Counted from the stretch's first letter, positions 40,935 to 51,754 are shown. The stretch: DNA of 64,000 nt from Candidatus Woesearchaeota archaeon (GCA_964513145.1 CAZELK010000003.1:32001-96000); one strand, 5' to 3'. Program-made: numbers and translations. The notes: generated by a model not told the origin, from the letters alone.

Positions 40935-41738
40935 ATGTTAATTAGTTCGAATGAATTAAGAAATATTAAAAAAGCAATTGACAATGAATTGGGAGAAATA
41001 GAAATCTCTTTAGATTTGGGATTAAGCAAAACTAAAATTAAACTAAATAAAGAAGGCTTTTTTATTGAAAATAATCTTGTCAAAATTAAAAATATTAAAC
41101 AGGGTGATAAAAGCTGTTATTTTATTAATGAGAATAAATTAGAAAAATTGCAGTTCATAGACCATGAAACAGGGAAATTTTACAAATTAGTTCCAACACA
41201 ATTCAGACCAATTTTAAAAATATCCGGGACTTCGATGCATAAAAAAGAGTTTTTAGACAGATTACAAAGAGACAAACTTTATGGCGATGTTTTGGATTCT
41301 GGAACTGGATTAGGATATAGCTCCATTATTATTTCCAAAACTGCTGATAAAGTTACAACTGTAGAAATTGATGAAAATGTTATTCAAGTTGCAAAATTAA
41401 ACCCGTATTCTCAAGATTTATTTGACAATAAGAAAATTATCATTATTAGCGGAAATATTTGCCAGGAAATCAAGAAATTTGCAAATGAGGAATTTGATTT
41501 TGTTGTTCTTGACGGCGGGAGTGTAAAAGGGTCTGACGAATTTTTTTCTTTAAATAATTATAAAGAAGTTTTCAGGGTTTTAAAGAGAAAAGGCAAGCTA
41601 TATCACTATGTGCCAAAGCATCAAATTAAAAGGGGAAGGGATTTTGCAACTGAAGTTATCAGCAAGTTAAAAAAGGTTGGGTTTAAAAGAGTTTTTAGGG
41701 ATGAAGAAGGAAGTTACTTAATTGCACAGAAAAGTTAA
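40935..41738 (+). CDS. SAM-dependent methyltransferase (archaeal COG2521-like)
   Basis: VLDSGTGLGYS, VEID and GKLYHY. Confidence 0.85.
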   Translation: MLISSNELRNIKKAIDNELGEIEISLDLGLSKTKIKLNKEGFFIENNLVKIKNIKQGDKSCYFINENKLEKLQFIDHETGKFYKLVPTQFRPILKISGTSMHKKEFLDRLQRDKLYGDVLDSGTGLGYSSIIISKTADKVTTVEIDENVIQVAKLNPYSQDLFDNKKIIIISGNICQEIKKFANEEFDFVVLDGGSVKGSDEFFSLNNYKEVFRVLKRKGKLYHYVPKHQIKRGRDFATEVISKLKKVGFKRVFRDEEGSYLIAQKS

Positions 41739-41775
41739 TGATAACTTATAAATATCGGATTTAATTCTTTAAACT

Positions 41776-42192
41776 ATGATAAAAACAAGAACTGCAAAGA
41801 AAACTGATTTAAAATATTGCGAAAAAATAAGCAAAACCCCAGAACTTCAAATAGATTTTTACGGCAATTATCCAAATACAGCTTATTTAAAAGAATACCT
41901 GGGGAGATTATTTATAGTTGCTGAAGAATCTGGTCAAATTGTCGGATATGTTGTTGGCGAGAGAGATAAATCAAAATCAGTTTCTTTAGTTTTATTGATT
42001 GTGAGCAGCAAGCATAGGGACAGAGGAACAGGAAAACTTTTGATTAATGAATTTATTAAACGTGCTAAAAAAATGAAATTAAAAGAAATAATAACTCTTG
42101 TTCCCAACTGGAATAACAATACAATGCAATTTTATAAGAAAAATGGGTTTATTGAGATGAAATATTACACTTATTTTACAAAGGAAATTTAG
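41776..42192 (+). CDS. GNAT acetyltransferase
   Basis: RDRGTGKLL...FYKKNGF. Confidence 0.9.
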   Translation: MIKTRTAKKTDLKYCEKISKTPELQIDFYGNYPNTAYLKEYLGRLFIVAEESGQIVGYVVGERDKSKSVSLVLLIVSSKHRDRGTGKLLINEFIKRAKKMKLKEIITLVPNWNNNTMQFYKKNGFIEMKYYTYFTKEI

Positions 42193-42803
42193 CAAGAATT
42201 TAAAATCTTAGGAATTGTTATCGATTTATCTGCACATTCCTCTTCATTTGAAATAGGAACAAATTTTATATAATTTATTTCTGGGAATTTGCTTTTTATT
42301 TCTCGCTCTTCGAAAATAGATAATTTAATTGATAAATAAACTATTTTTTCATTATAAAAAATAAAATCTTTTTCATTTGCCAATTTATCATTTATATAAT
42401 ATTTAAATTTACTAAATGTTATGCCTTCATTTTTTACACTTATGATTATTTTATCATCTAATTTACAAGCTCTTTGCAACGAGATAGATATCGGACTGCA
42501 AAAAACTGAATTATCTTCAGAATTTTTACCAAAAACAAATAATGCTGATATTATTAATGCTGCTAAAACAATCAATGCAGGGATTAATACATAATAATTC
42601 AGGATTCTTTCTTTTATGTTTTCTATAGAAGTTTTTGTTTTTAATTCAACTACTGGTTTTTTTATTTCCTTTAAGTCTTTTGTTAATAGATCGACTTCTT
42701 CTTTTATATAACCGAAGTTAATAAGATTTTGTTTTATTTTTTCTATAGAATAGCCTTGATTTATTGAATCGTCCACCCATTTTTTTATTTTATCATCTAA
42801 CAT
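42189..42803 (-). CDS. Membrane-anchored hypothetical protein
   Basis: One TM and an extracellular Cys-containing domain. Confidence 0.6.
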   Translation of the reverse strand: MLDDKIKKWVDDSINQGYSIEKIKQNLINFGYIKEEVDLLTKDLKEIKKPVVELKTKTSIENIKERILNYYVLIPALIVLAALIISALFVFGKNSEDNSVFCSPISISLQRACKLDDKIIISVKNEGITFSKFKYYINDKLANEKDFIFYNEKIVYLSIKLSIFEEREIKSKFPEINYIKFVPISNEEECADKSITIPKILNSC

Positions 42804-42896
42804 TATAACCTATTTATAGAAAAAGATTGTACATTTTAAAGGTTTTTATCAATAATTTTCCTTCTTGTTAGAAATGCAAATATTCTGAAAAATAAA

Positions 42897-44987
42897 TCAT
42901 AAAAATAAAGGAGCAAGTACTAACATTAAAGTTCCTAATAATTTAATTAAAACATGTAAAGATGGACCATTTACATCCTTTGTAATGTCTCCTACAACAT
43001 CACCAGTTACTGCCGCTTTGTGAGCTTCAGAACCTTTTCCACCATGAAATCCGGATTCAATATATTTTTTTGCGTTGTCCCAAGCACCACCAGAATTATT
43101 CATTAAAATGGCTAATAAAATCCCTGAAATAGTTCCGATTACTAAAAAAGCTGCAGCAGCTTCAGCTTTTAATAAAAATCCTACAACTGCTGTTGCAACA
43201 ACAATTAATAAACCAGGAATCATCATCTCTCTTAAAGCGTTTTTAGTGCAAATGTCTACACAAGCTGCGTAATCAGGTTTGTCTTTTCCCTGCATAATCT
43301 TTTTTTCTTTAAATTGTCTTCTAACTTCTTCTACAACAGTCATTGCTGTATCACTTACTGCTTTGAATGTGAAGGAACTAAATAAAAAAATTAACATTGC
43401 TCCTAATAATCCGCCAACAAAAACTTCTATTTTAGAGATATCAATTGTTATTATTTCTCCAGTTAATGATTTTACTTCGTCTAAATAAGCTGTGAATAAT
43501 AAAAAAGCAGCCAATGCAGCTGAACCAACAGCATAACCTTTTGTTAATGCTTTTGTTGTATTGCCTGTTGAATCTAATTTTCCAATTATTTTTAAAACAT
43601 TTTTGTCTTTTACTCCGGACATTTCTGCTATACCCCCAGCATTATCTGCAATAGGACCGAAAATATCCATAGCCAAAATATAAGCAACAGTAGACAATAA
43701 ACCAATTGTTGCAACTGCTGTCCCATATAAACCACCAATTAAATTTCCAGAGTCATCAATTATATCCGTATATTGTCCAAATTTATATGATAAAATTAAA
43801 GCTATAGATAGAATTATTACTGGTGCTGCTGTACTTTCCAAAGCATAAGCGAAACCAGTAATTACATTTGTTGCATGACCTTTTTCAGATGCTTTTGCAA
43901 TTTCTTTTACAGGCTTGAAATAATGATGAGTATAATAAGTAGTGTTTATGAACAATAAAATTCCAGTAACTAAACCAACCAAAGATGCATAAAAAAACCA
44001 GATATTATTGAATAAACCTAATCCTATATTAACACCAAAAATACTTGATTTCATAATTATAAAATATAAAAATATTGCTGATAAAATTGTTGTAATTAAA
44101 TAACCTCTTGACATTGATTTCATCGGATCTTCTTCATTTTTGGATTTTGTCAGCATTACCCCGATAATAGAAGCAATTAGACCAAAAGCCATTGCTGTCA
44201 AAGGAAACAAAATTCCGTTTAACCCGAATACATTAAACAAGGCTACACCTATAATCATAGCACCAATATTTTCAGCTGCAGTACTTTCAAATATATCAGC
44301 ACCTCTTCCTGCACAGTCTCCAACATTGTCACCAACTAAGTCAGCAATTACTGCTGGATTTCTTGGGTCGTCTTCTGGTATATCTTGTTCGACTTTACCC
44401 ACTAAGTCTGCACCAATATCTGCTGCTTTTGTGTAAATTCCACCACCTAATTGCGCAAATAAAGCAACAAAAGAAGCTCCAAACCCAAAACCAACTAGCA
44501 AGAAAGGAATTTCTTTCGGAGTATAGTAAAATGAATCAATATAATATAGTAAAGTTACTCCCAATAATGACAAAGTTATAATTGTTAAACCAGCAACTGC
44601 CCCTGCTCTTAAAGAAATTTTTAGTGCTTTGTCTAAAGATGAAGAAGCTGCTGCAGTTCTTATGTTCGCTCTTATTGAAATCCACATACTCACTAAACCA
44701 GCCAATGATGAGGAAGCTGCGCCAAATAAAAATGATAATGAAGTTAATAACCCCAAACTTTGTTTTCCTATGAAATAATATATTAAATATATTATAATTG
44801 CCAATAATAAAGCTAAAATTCCAATTGTGGAATATTGTCTTTTCATAAAAGCATTTGAACCTTCTTTTATCGCGTTTGCAACATTCTGCATTTCTTTTGT
44901 TCCAGTATTTTCATTGAGAACATAATGGGCTAGATAAATAGCAACAAATATTGAAATCAATGACAACACTATTATGTATTCTAGCAT
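42897..44987 (-). CDS. hppA: Membrane-bound pyrophosphatase, K+-independent signature
   Basis: DIGADLVGKVE, DNVGDCAG, GNTTKA and GGAWDNAKK. Confidence 0.96.
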   Translation of the reverse strand: MLEYIIVLSLISIFVAIYLAHYVLNENTGTKEMQNVANAIKEGSNAFMKRQYSTIGILALLLAIIIYLIYYFIGKQSLGLLTSLSFLFGAASSSLAGLVSMWISIRANIRTAAASSSLDKALKISLRAGAVAGLTIITLSLLGVTLLYYIDSFYYTPKEIPFLLVGFGFGASFVALFAQLGGGIYTKAADIGADLVGKVEQDIPEDDPRNPAVIADLVGDNVGDCAGRGADIFESTAAENIGAMIIGVALFNVFGLNGILFPLTAMAFGLIASIIGVMLTKSKNEEDPMKSMSRGYLITTILSAIFLYFIIMKSSIFGVNIGLGLFNNIWFFYASLVGLVTGILLFINTTYYTHHYFKPVKEIAKASEKGHATNVITGFAYALESTAAPVIILSIALILSYKFGQYTDIIDDSGNLIGGLYGTAVATIGLLSTVAYILAMDIFGPIADNAGGIAEMSGVKDKNVLKIIGKLDSTGNTTKALTKGYAVGSAALAAFLLFTAYLDEVKSLTGEIITIDISKIEVFVGGLLGAMLIFLFSSFTFKAVSDTAMTVVEEVRRQFKEKKIMQGKDKPDYAACVDICTKNALREMMIPGLLIVVATAVVGFLLKAEAAAAFLVIGTISGILLAILMNNSGGAWDNAKKYIESGFHGGKGSEAHKAAVTGDVVGDITKDVNGPSLHVLIKLLGTLMLVLAPLFL

Positions 44988-45023
44988 ATTAAAAAACTCT
45001 AAATTAAGAATTTATAAATCTAA

Positions 45024-45365
45024 TTATTTTTTATAACCTACAAAACTAGGGCCCCAAGCTGTATAAATTAAATCAAACTCTGATTCATTAATTTTAAATC
45101 TCCATCTCCCCTGGACCCAAGTAGCCAAGAAGTTATTTGAAAAACTTATTTGTGTTGCTTTTACGTTTTTTAATGTTTCATCTATTAATTTTGGATTATC
45201 CCTATAATCTTTCCTTGAATCCCAAACATTTAAGTCTATATCATGATATTCAGAATATCTTGAAGCACTGCCCCTTATACCTGCTTTTAATTCTTTTGAC
45301 TCCAGAGCTTTAATCAATATACCTAAATTATTTTTGTCTTTTTCTTTTATATGTTCAAATGTCAT
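45024..45365 (-). CDS. Hypothetical protein
   Basis: 113-aa ORF. Confidence 0.55.
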   Translation of the reverse strand: MTFEHIKEKDKNNLGILIKALESKELKAGIRGSASRYSEYHDIDLNVWDSRKDYRDNPKLIDETLKNVKATQISFSNNFLATWVQGRWRFKINESEFDLIYTAWGPSFVGYKK

Positions 45366-45405
45366 ATTTTTATTTTAAATTATTTGTTTTTAAATTTACT
45401 GTAAC

Positions 45406-45493
45406 TGCAGTAGCAGGGATTTGAACCCTGGTCAGAGCCTTGGGAAGGCCCAATATTAGTTCTTTTATTGTCTAACCACTATACTACTACTGC
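45406..45493 (-). tRNA. tRNA-Gly(CCC) with a 16-nt intron at 22/23 (45456-45471)
   Basis: GCAGUAG/CUACUGC acceptor; CCC anticodon; GGUU/AACU BHB helix; 72-nt mature length. Confidence 0.9.
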
Positions 45494-45553
45494 TTTATCA
45501 TCATTCTGAAATAGTTATAAATATTTATATATAATGCTTTTTTAATTTTAATA

Positions 45554-45961
45554 ATGCCAAAGAGAGGTAAGAAAGTAATTAATAAAAAAATAAATGTTAC
45601 TAAAGAAACTAAACATAGATCATTAAATTTTGGACATTTCTTTTTCAGCTTAAGTATATTATTGGTAATTCTTTTTACAATAGCTGACCCTAATCATTTA
45701 AGCGGGAATAAGGGTGCATTTTTATTGATTTTGGGTGCAATTGTTGGTTTTTTGGATGTCAATAAAAGAGAAGCGCCTTATTTTTTATTAGCTTCAGTAA
45801 GTTTAATGATTGCAAGCGCAGCACCAGTCCAGGTTATAGAATATTTTGGAATTGGAACTTATATTAAAGCTGCTTTACTAAATATGGCTATATTCTTGAG
45901 CTTAGCTGTTGTTATGGTTTCTTTGAAAATAATTTACAGAATTTATTTAGAATCAAAATAA
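45554..45961 (+). CDS. Multi-TM membrane protein
   Basis: About four hydrophobic helices. Confidence 0.7.
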   Translation: MPKRGKKVINKKINVTKETKHRSLNFGHFFFSLSILLVILFTIADPNHLSGNKGAFLLILGAIVGFLDVNKREAPYFLLASVSLMIASAAPVQVIEYFGIGTYIKAALLNMAIFLSLAVVMVSLKIIYRIYLESK

Positions 45962-45996
45962 GTTTTTCTTAAAAAAACCTTGAAAAAGAATGAAAT

Positions 45997-46326
45997 TTAG
46001 AAATCCTTGACTTCCTTTATTATTTTAAGATCTACTTGCTTGATTGCATCTTTATTGCAATATGGGCAAGATTTGTTAAGGATGCTTTTATTTCTTGTAA
46101 ATTTGAAACCGCAGGCTTCACAATAATATTTCATTTTTTCTTCTTTTGAAGAACTTATTTCTTTTTTAATTTCCTCTAAAGAATTGCTTACATCTTTTGC
46201 CTTGTTGAAACATGAAACACATATCATTACGTCGCTATTTTGGTTTTCTTTTTTTAATTCAGAAGGGTGTACTTTTTTATTACATTTTCTGCAGACTACA
46301 ATTATATCATCAAACATAGAAGGCAT
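45997..46326 (-). CDS. Zinc-ribbon protein
   Basis: Four CxxC pairs. Confidence 0.75.
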   Translation of the reverse strand: MPSMFDDIIVVCRKCNKKVHPSELKKENQNSDVMICVSCFNKAKDVSNSLEEIKKEISSSKEEKMKYYCEACGFKFTRNKSILNKSCPYCNKDAIKQVDLKIIKEVKDF

Positions 46327-46409
46327 AAAGTTTTTCCTATATTTAAAATTTATTGTCTTTGTTTGTAAACTTTCGAAAAATCTATAAATAGCTGGGATTG
46401 CATAAAAGG

Positions 46410-47396
46410 ATGAACAGGCTGAATGTTTATGTTGTCTGGATGCTTATTTTTATGACTGTTTTTCTTTATGGATGCTCAGATGGAGAAACTACTGAAAGCG
46501 GTGGAGCTCTTAAAGAATGGAAGGAAAAGATATTGGAAAATACTGGACCAGACAGCGAAGCGTCAAAGACAATAGTCAGATGTGAGACAGCAATAAACAA
46601 ACAAAAAGAAACTTGTTCACAACGCGAGGGCTGGAGCATTGTTAATGCTATGGAAATTACAGATTTTAAATCAAGCAAAAGTTATAGTTTTCAGGATGTT
46701 CAGCAAGGTGGCTGTCCTGGCAAATCACCTGATGGCAAGGAATATGATCGAAATGTGGAGACTGGAACTATTGTTACACAAACTGAAAGTGATTCTTCAT
46801 ATCAAGTTGCATGCAATGTTGTTTGTAATTGGTGGGAATGCAAAGAAAAAACAGACAGATTAAAACCAGAAACTTGGACTGGAGAAATAACTGCAAAATT
46901 AGATGATCTTGGTGCATCATGCAGTGATGGGGAAGTTTCTTTAAGCTATATTTTTACATTAAATTCGCCAGTAAGTTTGGTTTCTGCGATTAAAGGTGAA
47001 CAAGAAATTACACTTTGGTCAGAACCAAGCTATAAAGAGGCAAGCGGAATTATTAAGGGAACTGCTGTTGTCAATAATCAACCTTCTAAATCAGGAGTTA
47101 TTTACTGTGAACTAGAAGAAGGTCAAAGCGAGGAAGTTCCAATTAATTTCTTTGCTACTGGAGATGAATCTGCTATCCAAATTTCAGAACCACCAGGATC
47201 TCAACAAAATATAAGAACACCAAGATTTGGGCAGGAATATTATTTTCACGAAGAAGCTGGATTAACTGACCAATCTTTCCTAGCTGGTTTTCCACCAATA
47301 TTATTAGCTACCTCAATTTCCGAAACTAAAATTTCAGGTTCTTTAAAACCAGGATTTGGATATTTGGGAACATTTACATTAACAAAAACCAATTAA
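46410..47396 (+). CDS. Putative Cys-rich lipoprotein
   Basis: FLYGC lipobox-like motif; many cysteines. Confidence 0.65.
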   Translation: MNRLNVYVVWMLIFMTVFLYGCSDGETTESGGALKEWKEKILENTGPDSEASKTIVRCETAINKQKETCSQREGWSIVNAMEITDFKSSKSYSFQDVQQGGCPGKSPDGKEYDRNVETGTIVTQTESDSSYQVACNVVCNWWECKEKTDRLKPETWTGEITAKLDDLGASCSDGEVSLSYIFTLNSPVSLVSAIKGEQEITLWSEPSYKEASGIIKGTAVVNNQPSKSGVIYCELEEGQSEEVPINFFATGDESAIQISEPPGSQQNIRTPRFGQEYYFHEEAGLTDQSFLAGFPPILLATSISETKISGSLKPGFGYLGTFTLTKTN

Positions 47397-47400
47397 AAAA

Positions 47401-48006
47401 TTATTTTTTTGCTTCTTTATAATATTCATTTACTTTATCCCAATTAATAACTTTGTAAAATGATTCAATAAACTCATTTTTTCTGTTTTGATATTTAAGA
47501 TAGTAGGCATGTTCCCAGACATCTAAACCAATAATTGGTATTTTTCCTTGAGAAATTGGACAATCTTGATTTGGTGTAGAAATTATTTCTAAATTTCCAT
47601 TACTCAACACTAACCAAGCCCAACCACTTCCGAAAACTGTCAGAGCTGCTTTTGTAAATTCTTCTTTAAATTTGTCAAAAGATCCAAATTTAGATTCTAT
47701 TGCTTTTAGAATTTCTCCGGACGGCTTAATGTCTTTTTTTAACATTGGCCACCAAAATGAATGATTAAAATGGCCACCACCATGATTTTTTACTTGGTTT
47801 CTAATTGCTTCTGGAATTTTATTTAAATCTTTTAATAATTCTTCTATTGTTTTATTTTGCAAATCTTTATGAGATTCTAATGCTGCATTTAATTTATCTA
47901 CATAAGTCTGATGGTGCTTATCATGATGAAGTTTCGTTGTTTGCTCATCAAAATAAGGTTCTAAAGCATTATATGCATATGGTAATGTATCTAATTTGTG
48001 CACCAT
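47401..48006 (-). CDS. sod: Fe/Mn superoxide dismutase
   Basis: HHDKHH, NHGGGHFNH and DVWEHAYY. Confidence 0.97.
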   Translation of the reverse strand: MVHKLDTLPYAYNALEPYFDEQTTKLHHDKHHQTYVDKLNAALESHKDLQNKTIEELLKDLNKIPEAIRNQVKNHGGGHFNHSFWWPMLKKDIKPSGEILKAIESKFGSFDKFKEEFTKAALTVFGSGWAWLVLSNGNLEIISTPNQDCPISQGKIPIIGLDVWEHAYYLKYQNRKNEFIESFYKVINWDKVNEYYKEAKK

Positions 48007-48070
48007 TTTAATAACCCCCAATAATCTAACTTAGCAATTATTATAAATAAACCTTTGCTTTATCAAATTA

Positions 48071-48862
48071 ATGAAACATAATATAAAAATAATTGGGATT
48101 ATAACAATTTTATTCTTGCTTGCACAATTTACTGGGTTGTATATAAGCCATATTTATTTTACAAAAGAATTGCCCTATGACATACAAAAACCACAATTTG
48201 AAACAAAATCTTCTTTTGTGAATATTTTTTCAGCTGTTATAATTGCTACATTATTTGCCATAGTTTTGATTAAATTTAAGGCAGAAAGATTATGGAGATT
48301 TTGGTTTTTTATTTCTGTTTGCTTTTCTTTATTAATTTCTTTATCTGCTTTTATGAGGCAAGAATTTGCTTTAGTCATTGCTTTAATAATTACATTTTTT
48401 AAAACTATTAAACATAATATAATTGTTCATAATTTATCAGAAATTTTTATTTATGGGGGGCTTGCTGCAATTTTTTCACAATCCTTAAGCATATTTTCAG
48501 TTTCAATTTTGCTTATTTTAATTTCTATTTATGATATGATAGCTGTATGGCAAACAAAACACATGGTGAAATTAGCTAAATTTCAAACAAAGTTGAATTT
48601 ATTTGCCGGTATTTTAATACCTTATAAATACAAAAAAGAGGAAAAAACAGCTTTATTGGGGGGTGGAGATATTGGATTTCCTTTGTTATTTGCTTCTGCT
48701 GTTTTAAAAAGTTATGGACTTAAATCTTTAATAATACCAATAATAACTAGTGTTTTTTTAGTTATGTTATTTATTTTTGGTAAAAATAATAAATTCTATC
48801 CAGCAATGCCATTTCTTTCTATAGGCTGTTTTTTTGGCTATATGCTGGTTCTACTATTTTAA
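48071..48862 (+). CDS. Presenilin/SPP-like intramembrane aspartyl protease
   Basis: YDMIAV, LGGGD and PAMP motifs. Confidence 0.9.
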   Translation: MKHNIKIIGIITILFLLAQFTGLYISHIYFTKELPYDIQKPQFETKSSFVNIFSAVIIATLFAIVLIKFKAERLWRFWFFISVCFSLLISLSAFMRQEFALVIALIITFFKTIKHNIIVHNLSEIFIYGGLAAIFSQSLSIFSVSILLILISIYDMIAVWQTKHMVKLAKFQTKLNLFAGILIPYKYKKEEKTALLGGGDIGFPLLFASAVLKSYGLKSLIIPIITSVFLVMLFIFGKNNKFYPAMPFLSIGCFFGYMLVLLF

Positions 48863-48938
48863 TTACTTATAAGTAACTATAATAATAAAATTTATAAAGT
48901 GTTAATATAGTGAAATATACAAATATTTTTAGAATAAA

Positions 48939-49223
48939 ATGAAAAACGAAGTAACAGAAGAAAGATTAAGCACTTACTTTAGACTGACTGAAGAAGCTTA
49001 CAAGAAAGCTGCTGAATCTAAAGATAAAATTAATTTAGACAATGCAAGGGACAAAATCCTGGATATGGTCAAAAGATATATTGATGATGCTTATCATTTT
49101 AAGAAAAAAGGAGATATAGTTACGGCTTTTTCAGCTTTAAGCTATGCCCACGGATTATTGGATGCCGGGGCTTTACTGGGGGTTTTTGATGTTCACGACT
49201 CGAACTTATTCATAGTCGATTAA
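48939..49223 (+). CDS. DUF357 protein
   Basis: YIDDAYHF..GD.V.AFSALSYAHGLLDAG. Confidence 0.88.
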   Translation: MKNEVTEERLSTYFRLTEEAYKKAAESKDKINLDNARDKILDMVKRYIDDAYHFKKKGDIVTAFSALSYAHGLLDAGALLGVFDVHDSNLFIVD

Positions 49224-49239
49224 CATTATAAGAAATAAA

Positions 49240-49887
49240 ATGTCAACATTTTCGTCAAATGAAATGCCTATAGAAATCACTGGGGATGATATAAATAATT
49301 ACAGGGATCTAGAAAGCAGGGCAGCAGTTCATGGTGGTGGAAAGAAACTTAATGATTTAATAATTGAAACTGCTTCTGATGTCTTGACTATTGTAAAACA
49401 AGGTCATTATATAAAAGTTCAAAAAATAGGAAGTGATGGAAAAATTATTTTAAAATATGCACCATTGCCTTTTGACAAAAGAGTTTCTTACTGGAATCCA
49501 GAAGACAAATTAAGCAAACATAAGGAACATGATAAGATTAGACATTTAAACCCTTGCTATGTAAATTTATCTTGTGAAGAAGCAGTATCATTGGAATCTC
49601 TGACTTATTTACATGAAGAAGTGAAAAGCGCTTATGAAGGGGGCAGCCAATATTCATTCGATGGAGAAATATTTTTAACAGGCTTAAATGCACTTAAGAT
49701 TTTAGTTGATTTAGCATCTTTTGACTACAGGGATAATGAAATAATCGGCATTAATAAAAATGGTGAGCCTTTTAAAGTTGACAACATAAAATTAAGGGCT
49801 GCTGACTTTTTGGAAAGAATAAGATTAAGCGAGGCTAAGCTCTCTGAGGATATTATGGCTGCTTTTTGGTCTCTAGAAAAATTATAA
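49240..49887 (+). CDS. Hypothetical protein
   Basis: 215-aa ORF. Confidence 0.6.
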   Translation: MSTFSSNEMPIEITGDDINNYRDLESRAAVHGGGKKLNDLIIETASDVLTIVKQGHYIKVQKIGSDGKIILKYAPLPFDKRVSYWNPEDKLSKHKEHDKIRHLNPCYVNLSCEEAVSLESLTYLHEEVKSAYEGGSQYSFDGEIFLTGLNALKILVDLASFDYRDNEIIGINKNGEPFKVDNIKLRAADFLERIRLSEAKLSEDIMAAFWSLEKL

Positions 49888-49955
49888 GCAAGTTATTTAA
49901 ATTTGAATTCTTTAGTTTTTATCATGATTTTTAATAAAACTCTTTTTGTGATTTT

Positions 49956-50450
49956 ATGAATAAAATAAAAGTAATTATTATATCAGGCATACCTGGGACT
50001 GGCAAGACTAGTCTGGCGAAAATTATTGAAAAAAAATCTAATTTTAAAATTCTCAATATAAAAAAAATAATTAAAGAAAATAATTTAAATGAATTTTATG
50101 ATAAGTCAAGGAAGTGCTATGTTGTTGACCTTAAAAAATTGAATAAGATTTTAATAAAATATATTCTTAATTCAAAATTTAATTTAATTATAGATTCTCA
50201 TTTAGCTCATTTTTTACCTAAAAAATATGCCAGTCTTTGTATTATAACGAAATGTGATCTGAAGATATTAAAGAAAAGATTAATTAAAAGAAAATACAAC
50301 TTATTGAAAATTAAAGAAAACATTGAATCTGAAATATTTAATGTCTGCCTTAATGAAGCGCACAAATTAAAGCACAATATCATAGTAATTGATACAACAA
50401 AAGGAGTTAAAGATTTAAATATAAGAAAAATAATTTCTTTTTGTAAATAA
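49956..50450 (+). CDS. Adenylate kinase, AK6/Fap7-like
   Basis: GIPGTGKT, IIDSH and ENIESEIF. Confidence 0.85.
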   Translation: MNKIKVIIISGIPGTGKTSLAKIIEKKSNFKILNIKKIIKENNLNEFYDKSRKCYVVDLKKLNKILIKYILNSKFNLIIDSHLAHFLPKKYASLCIITKCDLKILKKRLIKRKYNLLKIKENIESEIFNVCLNEAHKLKHNIIVIDTTKGVKDLNIRKIISFCK

Positions 50451-50451
50451 C

Positions 50452-51252
50452 ATGGATGTATTATTTGAACACCCAAGATTTAGAAAATTAAAGAAGCAGG
50501 GACTTACTTATGTGGACATGCATTATCATACTAATTTTTCCATGGATACTTCTACAAGGGTTAGCTTTATTGCAAAAAGGGCGAAGATGCTGGGATGCGG
50601 GGTTGCGATTACAGATCATAATGCAATAGGGGGAGCATTGAATTTAGCTAAAAAGAATGTGATGGTTGTACCTTCCCTGGAAATAACAACTTCTGAATTA
50701 ATAGACATAATTCCTTATTTTTATAGTTTTAGTGAGCTTAGAGAATTTTACAATAAATATATTAAAAATTACATAAGACCAAATATTGGTTTTAATTTTA
50801 ATCGTGTTACCTGGAAATTTGCTGAAATATTAGACATATTACAGAAATATAATTGTCTAACAATTATACCGCATCCATTTGCACCATATCCGCAAAGCAC
50901 AGAACAATTTTTGCTTAAAGACAATAAAAGTCTGCTGAAAAAGATCCATGGTTTTGAGGTTTTAAACGGCTTAATGAAAAAAGAACGAAACCAAAAGGCA
51001 TTGTCAATAACAAAAGAATTGGGAAAATGCTATATTGGCGGAAGTGATGGACATACATTATTACAATTAGGTGGTGTTGTTACAATAACTGAAAATACAG
51101 ATTTAGAAGGATTTCTGGATTACATAAGGAAAAAACAAAATATTGTCATGGGAGAAGAATTAACATGGTCTGCCAGAAAAATAGTTCATTTTATTATTAT
51201 AAAAAATTGCTTTAAATTAAAAATAAAAGAGAAAACACATGGCAATAATTGA
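50452..51252 (+). CDS. PHP-domain metallophosphoesterase
   Basis: DMHYHT, ITDHN, PHPF and GGSDGH. Confidence 0.9.
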   Translation: MDVLFEHPRFRKLKKQGLTYVDMHYHTNFSMDTSTRVSFIAKRAKMLGCGVAITDHNAIGGALNLAKKNVMVVPSLEITTSELIDIIPYFYSFSELREFYNKYIKNYIRPNIGFNFNRVTWKFAEILDILQKYNCLTIIPHPFAPYPQSTEQFLLKDNKSLLKKIHGFEVLNGLMKKERNQKALSITKELGKCYIGGSDGHTLLQLGGVVTITENTDLEGFLDYIRKKQNIVMGEELTWSARKIVHFIIIKNCFKLKIKEKTHGNN

Positions 51253-51754
51253 AGAATTATATTTTGCATTACCTATTTATGTCGGCAATATGATGCCTGT
51301 TTTTGCAAGAAAAATTAATTTTCTTAATTATCCGATTAATCAAAAAATGTTTGGTGAGAATAAGACTTTTAGGGGTTTTTTAAGCGCAATAATTGCAGCT
51401 ATAATAATCTTTTATTTACAATCTTATTTGTATAAATTTGATTTTATTAAAAATATTAGCTTAATAGACTATCAGCAGGAAAATTTATTATTTTTAGGAT
51501 TTCTTGGCGGATTTGGGGCTATTAGCGGTGACCTGATAAAAAGTTTCTTTAAACGAAGAAAAAGAATAAAACCTGGACAACCATGGTTTCCTTTTGATCA
51601 GCTAGATTTTATACTGGGTGCTTTAATATTTCTTTACCCATTTGTCAAATTAAATTTTGTAAATATTTTGACTTTGTTATTAGTTACGCCTTTTCTTCAT
51701 ATTGCTGCAAATCATGCTGGATATTATTTAGGAGTAAGAGAGGTTAAATGGTAA
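51239..51754 (+). CDS. carS: CDP-archaeol synthase
   Basis: NMMPVF, GENKTFRG, GDLIKSFFKRR and DQLDF. Confidence 0.9.
   Translation: MAIIEELYFALPIYVGNMMPVFARKINFLNYPINQKMFGENKTFRGFLSAIIAAIIIFYLQSYLYKFDFIKNISLIDYQQENLLFLGFLGGFGAISGDLIKSFFKRRKRIKPGQPWFPFDQLDFILGALIFLYPFVKLNFVNILTLLLVTPFLHIAANHAGYYLGVREVKW

Noticed and set aside
40883-41083. N-terminal extension of the 206-aa minus-strand ORF
   Set aside because: Overlaps the methyltransferase start head-to-head; it is antisense read-through
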